Below are positions 1-10,262 of a DNA stretch of 64,000 nt, piece by piece. Within the stretch, counting starts at the first letter, position 1; every line of letters begins with the position of its first letter. A model generated the notes under the pieces. That model worked only from the letters and a program-made list of their open reading frames with translations. It did no database searches and was not told the DNA's origin. Made by a program: the position numbers and the translations under genes. Source of the stretch: a virus; IMG/VR virus record IMGVR_UViG_3300025840_003125; one strand, 5' to 3'.

Positions 1-1
1 A

Positions 2-301
2 AACGTTGGAACTTCAGCTACAACAGTATTTACAGCTGACAGTTATGACACAATAATCGGTATAGGATGCGCTAATATTACAACGGCTGAAATAAAAGTT
101 GACGTTATATTAAATGACGCTGATTCTTCAAATGACGTGTACCTTGTTAAAGGTGCACCAATTCAAAGTGGTGGTGCTTTACAAGTAATAGATGGTGGGG
201 CTAAATACGTAGTAAAAAGTGGAGACGTTTTAAAAGTCGTTTCTAATACTGCTAGTTCACTTGATGTTATTGTAAGTACAGTAGATGATATTTCAACATA
301 A
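2..301 (+). CDS. Partial (5'-truncated) hypothetical protein, probably virion-associated
   Basis: Frame 2 is open from the window edge to TAA at 299-301 (NVGTSATTVFTADSYDT...VSTVDDIST); not in ORF track. Confidence 0.7.
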   Translation, partial: NVGTSATTVFTADSYDTIIGIGCANITTAEIKVDVILNDADSSNDVYLVKGAPIQSGGALQVIDGGAKYVVKSGDVLKVVSNTASSLDVIVSTVDDIST

Positions 302-310
302 GGAAATTAA

Positions 311-565
311 ATGGCTTATATAGGAAACAACATAGATAGTAGTAAAGTCAGATTTGCTGAAATGAAGGCTACTTCTTTAGACAAATCAGCAGTACAAACA
401 ATTTATTTGAGTGGTGGTGAAGCTGGGGTTAATAATTCACCAGTAGATGCTTTTGGGATTTCTTTAGAACAAGTAATAACGGATTGTGAAAATCCAGGTT
501 TCGATATTATTGATATGGGAACAATTGTTGCGGCAGTTGGAATAGTTGATTTTGGTTATATTTAA
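311..565 (+). CDS. Hypothetical protein
   Basis: 84-aa ORF with AAGGA RBS; MAYIGN start is typical of phage tail-associated proteins. Confidence 0.6.
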   Translation: MAYIGNNIDSSKVRFAEMKATSLDKSAVQTIYLSGGEAGVNNSPVDAFGISLEQVITDCENPGFDIIDMGTIVAAVGIVDFGYI

Positions 566-600
566 AAATTAAAAACAAAGGTAGTTAAACAACTTATTAT

Positions 601-608
601 TATAAATA
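601..608 (+). promoter_or_regulatory. T4-type late promoter
   Basis: TATAAATA upstream of the tail-fibre-like gene. Confidence 0.75.
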
Positions 609-645
609 ATACAAGTTAGTTTGTTAAAAAAGGGAGAGAGCAACA

Positions 646-3144
646 ATGCCAACAATTTTACAATTAAGAAGAGGTACTACTGCTGAAAACGATGCCTATA
701 CAGGTTCAGTCGGTGAATTAACAGTAGATACTACATTAAATAAACTTCGTTTACACGATGGATCTACTGCAGGTGGTGACACTATTGGAGATGGATCAGG
801 AAATATTCAAATCGGTGTAACAGGAAATAACGAAATAGATACATCATCAGGAAATCTTACTATAGATTCAGCTGGTGGTACAGTTACAGTTGATGATAAC
901 TTAACAGTATCAGGTAACTTAACAGTATCAGGAACAACTACTACTGTAAACTCAACTACTATTGATGTACAAAATGCTTTAGTATTTGAAGGTAGTACAA
1001 GTGACGATAACGAATTAACTTTAACAGCAGGTGACCCTACTGCTGATAGAACAATTACTCTTCCAGACGCTACTGACACATTAGTTGGTAAAGCAACAAC
1101 AGATACTTTAACAAACAAAACTTTAACAAGTGCTGTATTAAATACAAGTGTTTCAGGTACTGCTATATTAGATGAAGACAATATGGCATCTGACTCTGCT
1201 ACACAACTTGCAACTCAACAATCTATTAAGGCATATGTTGACTCACAAGTTACAGCTCAAGATTTAGATGTTGCTGGTGATACTGGTACAGCTGCTATTG
1301 ATTTAGATAGTGAAACATTTACAGTTGCTGGTGGAACTGGTATTAGTACTTCAGGTGCTACAAACACATTAACAATAAATTTAGATGACACAGCTGTTTC
1401 TGCTGGTGCTTATGGTTCTTCAACTGCAATTCCAACATTTACAGTTGACGCTCAAGGACGATTAACTGCTGCTGGTACAGCTGCCATATCTTCAAATATG
1501 TCAATTGCTGGTGATAGTGGTACAGACACAATCACAGTTGGTACAGATACTTTCACAATTGCTGGTGGTGCTGGATTAACATCAACTGCTACAACAGATA
1601 CAATTACTTTAAACATTGATAGTACTGTTGCAACATTAACTGGTTCTCAAACACTTACAAACAAAACAATCAATAGTGCTTCAAACACAATTACAATTAC
1701 TGAATCTAATATATCAGATTTAGGTTCTTATATTACAGCTAGTTCTACTGAAACATTAACTAATAAAACTATTGATAGTGCTTCAAACACTTTAACATTA
1801 GATTTATCTGAAGGTACTTTAACTGGTACAACAGCACAATTTAATAGTGCATTAAGTGATGGTTCATTTGCTACATTGGCTGGTACTGAAACATTAACTA
1901 ATAAAACTTTAACTAGTCCAACAATCACAGGTACAGGTGCTATCGCTGGTACATTTACTGGTGATGTTACAGGTAATGCCGATACGGCAACTGCATTAGA
2001 AACTGCTAGAACAATTGCTGGTCAATCGTTTGATGGTAGCGCTAATATAACAATTGCTTCAACAGATTTATCAAACACAAGTGATGTTGTATTATTAACA
2101 TCAACTCAAACGTTAACAAACAAAACTTTAACCAGTCCTACAATCACAGGTACAGGTGCAATCGCAGGAACATTTACTGGTAATATTACTGGTGACGTTA
2201 CAGGTAATGCTGACACAGCAACTACACTTGCAACTGCTAGATCAATTGCTGGTCAATCATTTGATGGTAGTGCTAATATTACAATTGCTGCTACAGATTT
2301 ATCCGACACAGATCAAAGTTTATCTACTACAGATAATGTAACGTTTAATGATTTAACCGTTTCTGGTAATTTAACAGTAAGTGGTACTACAACATCAGTA
2401 AATACAGAAACTATAAATCTTGCTGATAACACTATTACTTTAAATAGTAATGAAGCAGGCACACCATCACAAGACGGTGGTATAGAGATTGAACGAGGAA
2501 CATCTACAAATAAAACTTTAGTTTGGAACGAAACAGATGATAAATGGACTGTTGGTTCAGAAACATTTGTAGCAGGAACATTTGAAGGTGCCTTAACAGG
2601 TAATGTTACAGGTAACGTAACAGGTGATGTTACAGGTAATGCCGATACGGCAACTGCATTAGAAACTGCTAGAACAATTGCTGGTCAATCGTTTGATGGT
2701 TCAGCAAATATAACTATCGCTTCAACAGATTTATCTAATACGTCAAATATAACTTTAAATGACGCAACACAAACCTTAACTAATAAAACATTAACGTCAC
2801 CTACAATTACAGGTACGGGTACGATTGCTGGTACATTCACAGGTAATATTACTGGAGATGTAACAGGTAACGCTGACACAGCAACAACATTAGCAACGGC
2901 TAGAACAATCGCTGGTCAGTCATTTGATGGTAGTGCAGACATAACTATTGCTTCAACTGATTTATCAGATACAGCTGATATTGCGTTACTGACTGCTACA
3001 CAGACTTTGACAAACAAAACAATTGCTGCTGGATCAAACACGATTTCAGGCCTTACATCTTCACACTTTGCTAGTGCTGTTACATTAGTAATTAATGATT
3101 CAACTGGATCTGCTGTTAAGACAATTGTTGGTTCTGCAAGTTAA
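646..3144 (+). CDS. Tail fibre-like structural protein with Mtd-type N-terminal domain and internal repeats
   Basis: N-terminus LQLRRGTTAENDAYTGSVGELTVDT resembles Mtd_N; Thr/Gly/Ser-rich; repeated TLTNKT and GNADTAT.L.TAR.IAGQSFDGSA.ITI units. Confidence 0.8.
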   Translation: MPTILQLRRGTTAENDAYTGSVGELTVDTTLNKLRLHDGSTAGGDTIGDGSGNIQIGVTGNNEIDTSSGNLTIDSAGGTVTVDDNLTVSGNLTVSGTTTTVNSTTIDVQNALVFEGSTSDDNELTLTAGDPTADRTITLPDATDTLVGKATTDTLTNKTLTSAVLNTSVSGTAILDEDNMASDSATQLATQQSIKAYVDSQVTAQDLDVAGDTGTAAIDLDSETFTVAGGTGISTSGATNTLTINLDDTAVSAGAYGSSTAIPTFTVDAQGRLTAAGTAAISSNMSIAGDSGTDTITVGTDTFTIAGGAGLTSTATTDTITLNIDSTVATLTGSQTLTNKTINSASNTITITESNISDLGSYITASSTETLTNKTIDSASNTLTLDLSEGTLTGTTAQFNSALSDGSFATLAGTETLTNKTLTSPTITGTGAIAGTFTGDVTGNADTATALETARTIAGQSFDGSANITIASTDLSNTSDVVLLTSTQTLTNKTLTSPTITGTGAIAGTFTGNITGDVTGNADTATTLATARSIAGQSFDGSANITIAATDLSDTDQSLSTTDNVTFNDLTVSGNLTVSGTTTSVNTETINLADNTITLNSNEAGTPSQDGGIEIERGTSTNKTLVWNETDDKWTVGSETFVAGTFEGALTGNVTGNVTGDVTGNADTATALETARTIAGQSFDGSANITIASTDLSNTSNITLNDATQTLTNKTLTSPTITGTGTIAGTFTGNITGDVTGNADTATTLATARTIAGQSFDGSADITIASTDLSDTADIALLTATQTLTNKTIAAGSNTISGLTSSHFASAVTLVINDSTGSAVKTIVGSAS
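1960..2700 (+). repeat. Identical 78-bp direct repeat (1960-2037 and 2623-2700) within a 4-copy protein repeat
   Basis: GGTGATGTTACAGGTAATGCCGATACGGCA...TCGTTTGATGGT occurs twice without mismatch; diverged copies near 2191 and 2854. Confidence 0.9.
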
Positions 3145-3210
3145 TAATCAATTAATCTAAACCGATTTTTAGACACACCATAATTGCGTCTTTGCAACGC
3201 CTAATAATCG

Positions 3211-3218
3211 TATAAATA
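3211..3218 (+). promoter_or_regulatory. T4-type late promoter
   Basis: TATAAATA upstream of gp13. Confidence 0.8.
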
Positions 3219-3234
3219 GTATAAAAGGATTAGT

Positions 3235-4050
3235 ATGGCCAACCCAGCAACAAGAGAAGAATTAAAACAGTACGCTTTAAGAACATTAGGCAAGCCTGTC
3301 ATTGAGATAAATGTAGATGACGATCAGGCTGAAGATAGAATAGATGAAGCGTTACAATATTTTGCTCAATATCATTATGATGGCGTTGAAAGAACATACC
3401 TTAAATATCAAGTAACTCAAGCAGACGTAGATAGAATTAAATCACCTACAGGTGATACTGCGTCAAGTGTTACTAAAAATTCAGTTACTACTGCATGGAC
3501 TGAACAAAATAATTTCATAGTAGTACCAGAAGCTGTATTAGCAGTTACAAGAATATTCCCTCTATCAAATAGAGGTAATCAAAATATGTTTGATGTACGA
3601 TATCAAATGAGATTAAATGATCTATATGATTTTTCATCTACTTCAATTATTCATTATGAAATGGTAATGAAACATTTAGATTTTTTAGACCACATATTAG
3701 TAGGTGAAAAACCTATTAGATTTAATCAATACAATAACAAATTATTTGTAGATATGGATTGGAAAACAGATATATCAGTAGGTGAGTATCTTGTTATTGA
3801 ATGTTTTAGAAAATTAGACCCTACGGTTATGACAGACGTTTATAACGACATATACTTAAAAAGATATGTTACTGCATTACTTAAAAGACAATGGGGTGCG
3901 AATCTATCAAAATTTAATGGTGTTACTATGATTGGTGGTGTAACACTAAATGGTCAACAAATATTTTCAGAAGCTTTAGAAGATATAAGAAAATTAGAAG
4001 AAGAAATAAGAGGCACATACGAAACGCCTGTAACGTATATGATAGGATAA
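3235..4050 (+). CDS. gp13: Neck protein gp13
   Basis: LKQYALRTLGKPVIEINV, QWGANLSKF, GGVTLNG motifs; synteny. Confidence 0.92.
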   Translation: MANPATREELKQYALRTLGKPVIEINVDDDQAEDRIDEALQYFAQYHYDGVERTYLKYQVTQADVDRIKSPTGDTASSVTKNSVTTAWTEQNNFIVVPEAVLAVTRIFPLSNRGNQNMFDVRYQMRLNDLYDFSSTSIIHYEMVMKHLDFLDHILVGEKPIRFNQYNNKLFVDMDWKTDISVGEYLVIECFRKLDPTVMTDVYNDIYLKRYVTALLKRQWGANLSKFNGVTMIGGVTLNGQQIFSEALEDIRKLEEEIRGTYETPVTYMIG

Positions 4051-4054
4051 AACC

Positions 4055-4855
4055 ATGCCAGTTAATCATTATTTTCAAGGTGGCAATGGTATAGGAAATG
4101 ACTCTGAAAAAAGATTACACGAAGATTTAATCATAGAAGGTCTAAAAATTTACGGCCACGATTGTTACTATTTACCAAGAACACTTGTTAACCACGATTT
4201 AGTTTTAGGAGAAGATGTCCTATCTAAATTTGATCAATCATATATGTTAGAAATGTATATTGAAACAACTGAAGGATTTGCAGGTGAACAAGAATTAGTA
4301 TCTAAATTTGGTTTAGAAATTAGAGAAGATACAACATTTATGATTTCTAAACGTAGATGGCAAAATCAAGTTGATAGTACAGCTACATTAATCAAAACAG
4401 GAAGACCAAACGAAGGTGATTTAGTTTATGTACCTTTAATGAACAGTTTTTTTGAAATACAGTTTGTTGAAGACCAAGAGCCATTTTTTCAATTAGGCAA
4501 TTTGCCAGTTTATAAATTAAAAACAACTAGATTTGAATATAGTTCAGAAAAATTAAACACTGGTGTGCCAGAAATTGACGTTGCTGAAGATAGATTATCT
4601 ATAGACCAATTACAACATCAATTAACATTAGAAGATGGTGGTGGTATCATGTTAGAGGATTCTGATACTACATTAAACACTATAAACTTCTTATTGACAG
4701 AAACACACGAAGATAAAAATCTTGCAACACAAACTAGAGATTATGCTGATAACGCCACGTACAATGCTGACGCTGGGTTTGATACTGCTAGTACAGGTGA
4801 TGACATATTAGACTTTACAGAAAGAAACCCTTTCGGAGAGGTTGATGAAACATAA
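4055..4855 (+). CDS. gp14: Neck protein gp14
   Basis: YYLPRT, SKFGLEIR, RPNEGDLVY, PFFQLG, NPFGE motifs; synteny. Confidence 0.92.
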   Translation: MPVNHYFQGGNGIGNDSEKRLHEDLIIEGLKIYGHDCYYLPRTLVNHDLVLGEDVLSKFDQSYMLEMYIETTEGFAGEQELVSKFGLEIREDTTFMISKRRWQNQVDSTATLIKTGRPNEGDLVYVPLMNSFFEIQFVEDQEPFFQLGNLPVYKLKTTRFEYSSEKLNTGVPEIDVAEDRLSIDQLQHQLTLEDGGGIMLEDSDTTLNTINFLLTETHEDKNLATQTRDYADNATYNADAGFDTASTGDDILDFTERNPFGEVDET

Positions 4856-5613
4856 TGTTTGGAAAACAATTTTACCACGAATCATTAAGAAAAATTGTTG
4901 TATCATTTGGTACAATATTCAATAACATTATCATTGTAAGAAAAGATGGTGATGGTGGTACAATACAAAGATTAAAAGTACCTCTTGCATATTCGCCTAA
5001 AGAAAAGTTTTTAACAAGATTAGAACAACAACCTAATTTAGATCAAAGAGAAATGGCAATGTCATTACCTCGTATGGGTTTTGAAATTGCTGGTTTGTCT
5101 TATGACTCATCTCGTAAGTTACAAAGAGTTGGTAAGTTTAAAAATGTAAATACTTCAGACGCAACTAAACAATATTATCAATACAATCCTGTACCTTACA
5201 ATTTGTCATTTAACTTATATTCATTTACAGCAACTGCTGAAGATGGTCTATGTATTATAGAACAAATACTACCATACTTTCAACCAGACTATACAGTTAC
5301 AGTAAATGCAATACCAAGTATGGGTATAAAAAGAGATGTACCGATAACACTAAATAGTGTTGATTATCAGGATACATATGATGGTTCATTTACACAAAGA
5401 AGAGCTGTAAACTATACATTAAACTTTACAGCAAAAACTTATCTATATGGCCCTATATATTCTAGTAAAGTTATTAAAACTGCTCAAACAGATTTATATA
5501 ACGACACAGGCACTAGTGCAGAAAAAGAAGAAAGAATTGTTGTAGTTCCTAATCCGACAACTGCTGACGCTGATGATGATTTTGGATTTACAACAACTAT
5601 AACGAATTATTAA
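4855..5613 (+). CDS. gp15: Tail sheath stabilizer/terminator gp15
   Basis: FGTIFNNI, VPLAYSPKEKF, LPRMGFE, EQILPYFQP motifs. Confidence 0.92.
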   Translation: MFGKQFYHESLRKIVVSFGTIFNNIIIVRKDGDGGTIQRLKVPLAYSPKEKFLTRLEQQPNLDQREMAMSLPRMGFEIAGLSYDSSRKLQRVGKFKNVNTSDATKQYYQYNPVPYNLSFNLYSFTATAEDGLCIIEQILPYFQPDYTVTVNAIPSMGIKRDVPITLNSVDYQDTYDGSFTQRRAVNYTLNFTAKTYLYGPIYSSKVIKTAQTDLYNDTGTSAEKEERIVVVPNPTTADADDDFGFTTTITNY

Positions 5614-5615
5614 TT

Positions 5616-6089
5616 ATGACTATAGATGAAAAAATAAACGAAGCTCTTGGTATCTCTAACGAGAAAATACTAACTAAAGCTGTTGTCAAAAAAGAATATA
5701 CACCTCCTGTACCTAGGTTAGAAGATAAAAATAAAGAAGATGTGGACAATGATTACAAGTATAGTAGAGAAAACTATTACAATCTTATAGAACGAGGCCA
5801 AGACGCAATTCAAGGCATACTTGATATTGCAAACGAAAGTCAACACCCTAGAGCATACGAAGTTGCAGGTAACTTAATTAAACAAGTTGCTGACACAGTT
5901 GATAAGTTACAAGACTTGCAAGGTAAATTAAAAAATCTAAAAGACGTTCCAAATAAAACATCTACAAATATTAAACAAGCATTATTTGTTGGTTCTTCAG
6001 CAGAGTTACATAAAATGTTAAAGAATAAAAATAAAGATATTGAAAGTGAAGAAGACAAAGATTTTAAAAAGGTAAATCCTAATGACTGA
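5616..6089 (+). CDS. gp16: Terminase small subunit gp16
   Basis: DYKYSRENYY, HPRAYEVA, ALFVGSSAEL; directly upstream of gp17. Confidence 0.9.
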   Translation: MTIDEKINEALGISNEKILTKAVVKKEYTPPVPRLEDKNKEDVDNDYKYSRENYYNLIERGQDAIQGILDIANESQHPRAYEVAGNLIKQVADTVDKLQDLQGKLKNLKDVPNKTSTNIKQALFVGSSAELHKMLKNKNKDIESEEDKDFKKVNPND

Positions 6090-7713
6090 AGCATATCTAG
6101 GTAACCCTAACCTATATAAAGCAAATCTACAACAAAGTTACACCGAAGATCAAGTAAGAGAGATTGCAAAGTGCATGGATGATCCTATACACTTTATAAA
6201 AACATATACTAGAATTGTAAATATTGATGAAGGTCTAGTACCTTTTAATATGTATGGTTTTCAGGAAAAAATGGTTAAGACATTCCATGAAAATCGTTTT
6301 TCTATTTGTAAACTACCAAGACAGTCAGGTAAGTCAACAACAATTATTGCATATCTATTACATCAAGTTATATTTAACGATAATATAAATGTGGCCATAC
6401 TTGCCAACAAAAGTTCTACTGCTAGAGATTTATTAGGTAGACTTCAACTTGCATATGAAAACTTACCTAAATGGTTACAACAAGGTGTCTTAAACTGGAA
6501 CAAAGGTTCACTTGAATTAGAAAACGGTTCAAAGATACTTGCAGCTGCAACATCAAGTTCCGCTATTCGAGGTGGTTCATTTAATATCATATTCCTTGAT
6601 GAGTTTGCTTTCATACCTAATAACATATCTGAGCAATTTTTTAGTTCAGTATATCCTACAATTTCTTCTGGTAAATCTTCTAAAGTTATGATTGTATCTA
6701 CACCACATGGTATGAATATGTTTTATAAACTGTGGAATGACGCAATACATGGAAGAAACGATTATAAACCTATTGAAGTACATTGGTCAGAGGTACCTGG
6801 TAGAGATGATAAGTGGAAAGAAGAAACAATTAGAAACACAAGTGAGGCACAATTTGCTACAGAGTTTGAGTGTGAGTTTGTAGGTTCAGTAGATACATTA
6901 ATCAATCCATCTAAATTACGAAACTTATCACACAATACACCACTAGTATCTAACGAAGGTTTAGATATGTACGAAAGAGCAGAAAAAGGTAAAGATTATG
7001 TTATGACAGTTGACGTAGCACGTGGTACTGTAAGAGATTATTCTGCCTTTACTGTATTTGATGTAACACAAATGCCATATAAGTTGGTTGCAAAATTTAG
7101 AGATAACGAAATTAAACCTATATTATTTCCTCATACTATTGAGAAAGTCGCAAGAGCATATAACAATGCTCATATATGTGTTGAAGTAAATGATCTAGGA
7201 CATCAAATAGCAGACGCTTTACAGTTTGAATTAGAATACACAAACTTATTAATGTGTATGATGAAAGGTAGAGCAGGTCAGATATTAGGTGGTGGTTTCA
7301 GTAAAAGAGGTACGCAATTAGGTGTACGTATGACCAAACAAGTAAAACGTATAGGTTGTTCTAACTTAAAATCATTGTTAGAAGGCGACAAGATATTGAT
7401 AAATGATTTTCATACAATACAAGAGTTATCAACATTTGTAAGAAGAGGATCAGGTTGGCAAGCAGAGGAAGGTTCTAATGACGATTTAGTTATGTGTTGC
7501 GTTATATTTGCATGGATAACAAATCAAAGATATTTCAAAGAAATGACAGACCAAGATGTACGTGCTAGAATGTATGAAGAACAACAAAACGCAATAGAAC
7601 AAGATATGGCACCCTTTGGTTTCATGGACAATGGTATGGAAGAAGAATATCAACAAGATGATAGTGGCGAAGTATGGCGGCCAGTTACCGTACGAAAAGG
7701 TGAGATATTATAA
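6082..7713 (+). CDS. gp17: Terminase large subunit gp17
   Basis: Walker A PRQSGKS, Walker B IFLDEFAF, STP motif, nuclease DVARG and DDLVM. Confidence 0.97.
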   Translation: MTEAYLGNPNLYKANLQQSYTEDQVREIAKCMDDPIHFIKTYTRIVNIDEGLVPFNMYGFQEKMVKTFHENRFSICKLPRQSGKSTTIIAYLLHQVIFNDNINVAILANKSSTARDLLGRLQLAYENLPKWLQQGVLNWNKGSLELENGSKILAAATSSSAIRGGSFNIIFLDEFAFIPNNISEQFFSSVYPTISSGKSSKVMIVSTPHGMNMFYKLWNDAIHGRNDYKPIEVHWSEVPGRDDKWKEETIRNTSEAQFATEFECEFVGSVDTLINPSKLRNLSHNTPLVSNEGLDMYERAEKGKDYVMTVDVARGTVRDYSAFTVFDVTQMPYKLVAKFRDNEIKPILFPHTIEKVARAYNNAHICVEVNDLGHQIADALQFELEYTNLLMCMMKGRAGQILGGGFSKRGTQLGVRMTKQVKRIGCSNLKSLLEGDKILINDFHTIQELSTFVRRGSGWQAEEGSNDDLVMCCVIFAWITNQRYFKEMTDQDVRARMYEEQQNAIEQDMAPFGFMDNGMEEEYQQDDSGEVWRPVTVRKGEIL

Positions 7714-7716
7714 ATA
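7709..7716 (+). promoter_or_regulatory. T4-type late promoter
   Basis: TATAAATA upstream of gp18. Confidence 0.75.
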
Positions 7717-7764
7717 TAAACGAGATTAATGATACCTATTAGCTAATAAGAGGAGAACAAACAT

Positions 7765-9690
7765 ATGGCATTTCAAGTTTCACCAGGTGTTCTCGTACAA
7801 GAGAGGGATTTAACAAACGTAATCCCAGCAGTGGCAACTACGATCGGTGCCGTTGCAGGACAATTCAATCAAGGACCTATGGACGAAGTTACGTCTATTA
7901 GTTCGGAGAAAGAATTAGTAGAAACGTTTGGTAAACCTGACTCTACAAACTTTGAATTTTGGTTTAGTGCTGCAAGTTTCTTGCAATACTCATCAAGTTT
8001 AAGGGTAGTACGAGCTGCAAACACTTCAAGTGTTAACGCTGTTGTATCTGGATCAGCATTAAGAATTAAGAACACAGATCATTATCAAAACGGTGACGGA
8101 AGTACAGGACCTTATAACGATGGTTCGGCTAACGTTGGCGAATGGGCTGCAAGAACAGCAGGCGCATGGGGTAATAACTTAAAAGTTTCAGTATGTCCGA
8201 GTGCAACGGCATATGAAACAGTAAATAAAACAACAACAAATGACGCTTCAACAGCAGTTGGAGATACAACTATCGTATTAACTTCAGGAACTGATTTTAA
8301 TGTAGGTGATATTGTAAACTTCGGCGAGTCAGGTGGACATGAATATAGAGTTACAGATGTTTCAACAGACACTTTAACTTTTGTAAGACATCCATCAGGC
8401 ACAGGCGGACTACACACAGCTGTTGCAAACGGTTCACAAGTAAGAAGAAGATGGCAATACTACGATCTAGTAGATAAAGCGCCAGGAACATCAACATACG
8501 CTTCTAATAGAAGTGGTGTAAATGACGAAATGCACATAGTAGTCGTTGATGAAGACGGTGGTATTACAGGTACTGCTGGTGAAGTTTTAGAAGTTTATGA
8601 TTCAGTATCAAAAGGATCAGACGCTAAAACAGCACAAGGCGATACTAACTACTACGTTGACGTACTTTACAACCAATCAGAATACATCTATTGGATGGAT
8701 CACGTTGCGACAGGAACAAATTGGGGTAGTGCAGTTGCAGGAATAACATTTACTGCTCTGTCAGCACCTTTTACTAGATCACTTATAGATGGTGCAGATG
8801 GTTCAACAGTAAGTACTGCTGAATTAAAAGCTGCTTACGAAAAATACAATGACGCTGATACTGTAGATGTTAACTTAATCATCGCTGGTAAAGGTGACGC
8901 TACACACATTGATAACTTAATTACAATCGCTGAAAACAGAAAAGACGCAATAGTATTTGTTTCTCCTGAAAGAACGGATGTAGTTAATGTTTCAAATAGT
9001 ACTACTCAAACAACTAACGTAAAAAGTTTCTTTGACAGTATTAGATCATCATCATACGTTGTATTTGATAGTGGTTACAAATATACATACGACAAATATA
9101 ATGACGTATTCAGATATGTTCCTTTAAATGGTGACATTGCTGGATTAGCTGCAAGAACAGACTTAATCGCAGACTCATGGTTCTCACCTGCTGGTTTCAA
9201 CAGAGGAGTAATTAGAGGTGCAGTTAAACTTGCTTACAATCCAACACAAGGACAAAGAGATGAATTGTACAGAGCGAGAGTAAACCCAGTTGTAACATTA
9301 CCAGGACAAGGTACTTTATTGTTTGGTGATAAAACTGGATTATCAACGCCGAGTGCTTTTGATAGAATAAACGTAAGAAGATTGTTTATTACTTTGGAGA
9401 AGGCAATATCAACAGCTTCTAAATTTCAACTATTTGAATTTAATGACGAGTTTACAAGAGCTCAATTTAGAAACATAGTTGAACCATTCCTAAGAGATGT
9501 ACAAGGTAGAAGGGGTGTTACAGACTTTAGAGTAGTTTGTGATTCTTCTAATAACACTGCTAATGTCATTGATAGTAATGAGTTTAGAGCTGATATATTT
9601 GTTAAACCAAATAGATCAATCAACTTTATACAACTACAATTCGTTGCGACACGATCAGGCGCCGCATTTGAAGAAGTGGTAGGAGGATAA
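7765..9690 (+). CDS. gp18: Tail sheath protein gp18
   Basis: SPGVLVQERD, WFSPAGFNRG, FDRINVRRLF, FEFND motifs. Confidence 0.97.
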   Translation: MAFQVSPGVLVQERDLTNVIPAVATTIGAVAGQFNQGPMDEVTSISSEKELVETFGKPDSTNFEFWFSAASFLQYSSSLRVVRAANTSSVNAVVSGSALRIKNTDHYQNGDGSTGPYNDGSANVGEWAARTAGAWGNNLKVSVCPSATAYETVNKTTTNDASTAVGDTTIVLTSGTDFNVGDIVNFGESGGHEYRVTDVSTDTLTFVRHPSGTGGLHTAVANGSQVRRRWQYYDLVDKAPGTSTYASNRSGVNDEMHIVVVDEDGGITGTAGEVLEVYDSVSKGSDAKTAQGDTNYYVDVLYNQSEYIYWMDHVATGTNWGSAVAGITFTALSAPFTRSLIDGADGSTVSTAELKAAYEKYNDADTVDVNLIIAGKGDATHIDNLITIAENRKDAIVFVSPERTDVVNVSNSTTQTTNVKSFFDSIRSSSYVVFDSGYKYTYDKYNDVFRYVPLNGDIAGLAARTDLIADSWFSPAGFNRGVIRGAVKLAYNPTQGQRDELYRARVNPVVTLPGQGTLLFGDKTGLSTPSAFDRINVRRLFITLEKAISTASKFQLFEFNDEFTRAQFRNIVEPFLRDVQGRRGVTDFRVVCDSSNNTANVIDSNEFRADIFVKPNRSINFIQLQFVATRSGAAFEEVVGG

Positions 9691-9694
9691 ACAC

Positions 9695-10222
9695 ATGCCA
9701 AATATAAATGACTTTAAAGCTAAGTTAAGAGGCGGTGGAGCTCGTGCCAATCAGTTTAGAGTAACAATGCCTTTTCCTGGTTTTGCTGCTGTAGGTGGTG
9801 AAACAGAAACTATGAGTTTCTTAACTACATCTACATCTTTACCAGGAATGACTGTAACGGAAGTTGCAATACCATTTAGAGGTAGGGAGTTATATGTTGC
9901 AGGTGATAGAACATTTGCTACATGGACTACAACTATTCTAAATGATACTAACTTCTTAATACGTAACGCTTACGAAAGATGGTTAAACGGTATCAACAAT
10001 ATGTCAGATAACGAGGGGTTAGTAAATCCTGTTGATTATCAAGTTGACGCATTTGTAGATCAGTTAGACCGAAATGGTAACGTGATTAAATCATACACAT
10101 TCAGAGGAATGTTTCCAACAACTCTGGATGATATTGCTCTATCGTATAGTGATAACAACTCCGTAGAGAGTTTTACTGCTACACATAGATACCAATACTT
10201 TGAAACAAACACTACTACTTAA
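9695..10222 (+). CDS. gp19: Tail tube protein gp19
   Basis: GGARANQF, FRGRELYVAGDRTF, QLDRNG motifs. Confidence 0.95.
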   Translation: MPNINDFKAKLRGGGARANQFRVTMPFPGFAAVGGETETMSFLTTSTSLPGMTVTEVAIPFRGRELYVAGDRTFATWTTTILNDTNFLIRNAYERWLNGINNMSDNEGLVNPVDYQVDAFVDQLDRNGNVIKSYTFRGMFPTTLDDIALSYSDNNSVESFTATHRYQYFETNTTT

Positions 10223-10262
10223 TACCGTTATAAGTATTAATAGTAATAGGAGAAATTAAATT

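Noticed and set aside
646-3144. Diversity-generating retroelement suggested by the Mtd-like N-terminus and repeats
   Set aside because: No reverse transcriptase in the window, the repeats are in-frame coding units, and differences are not adenine-specific
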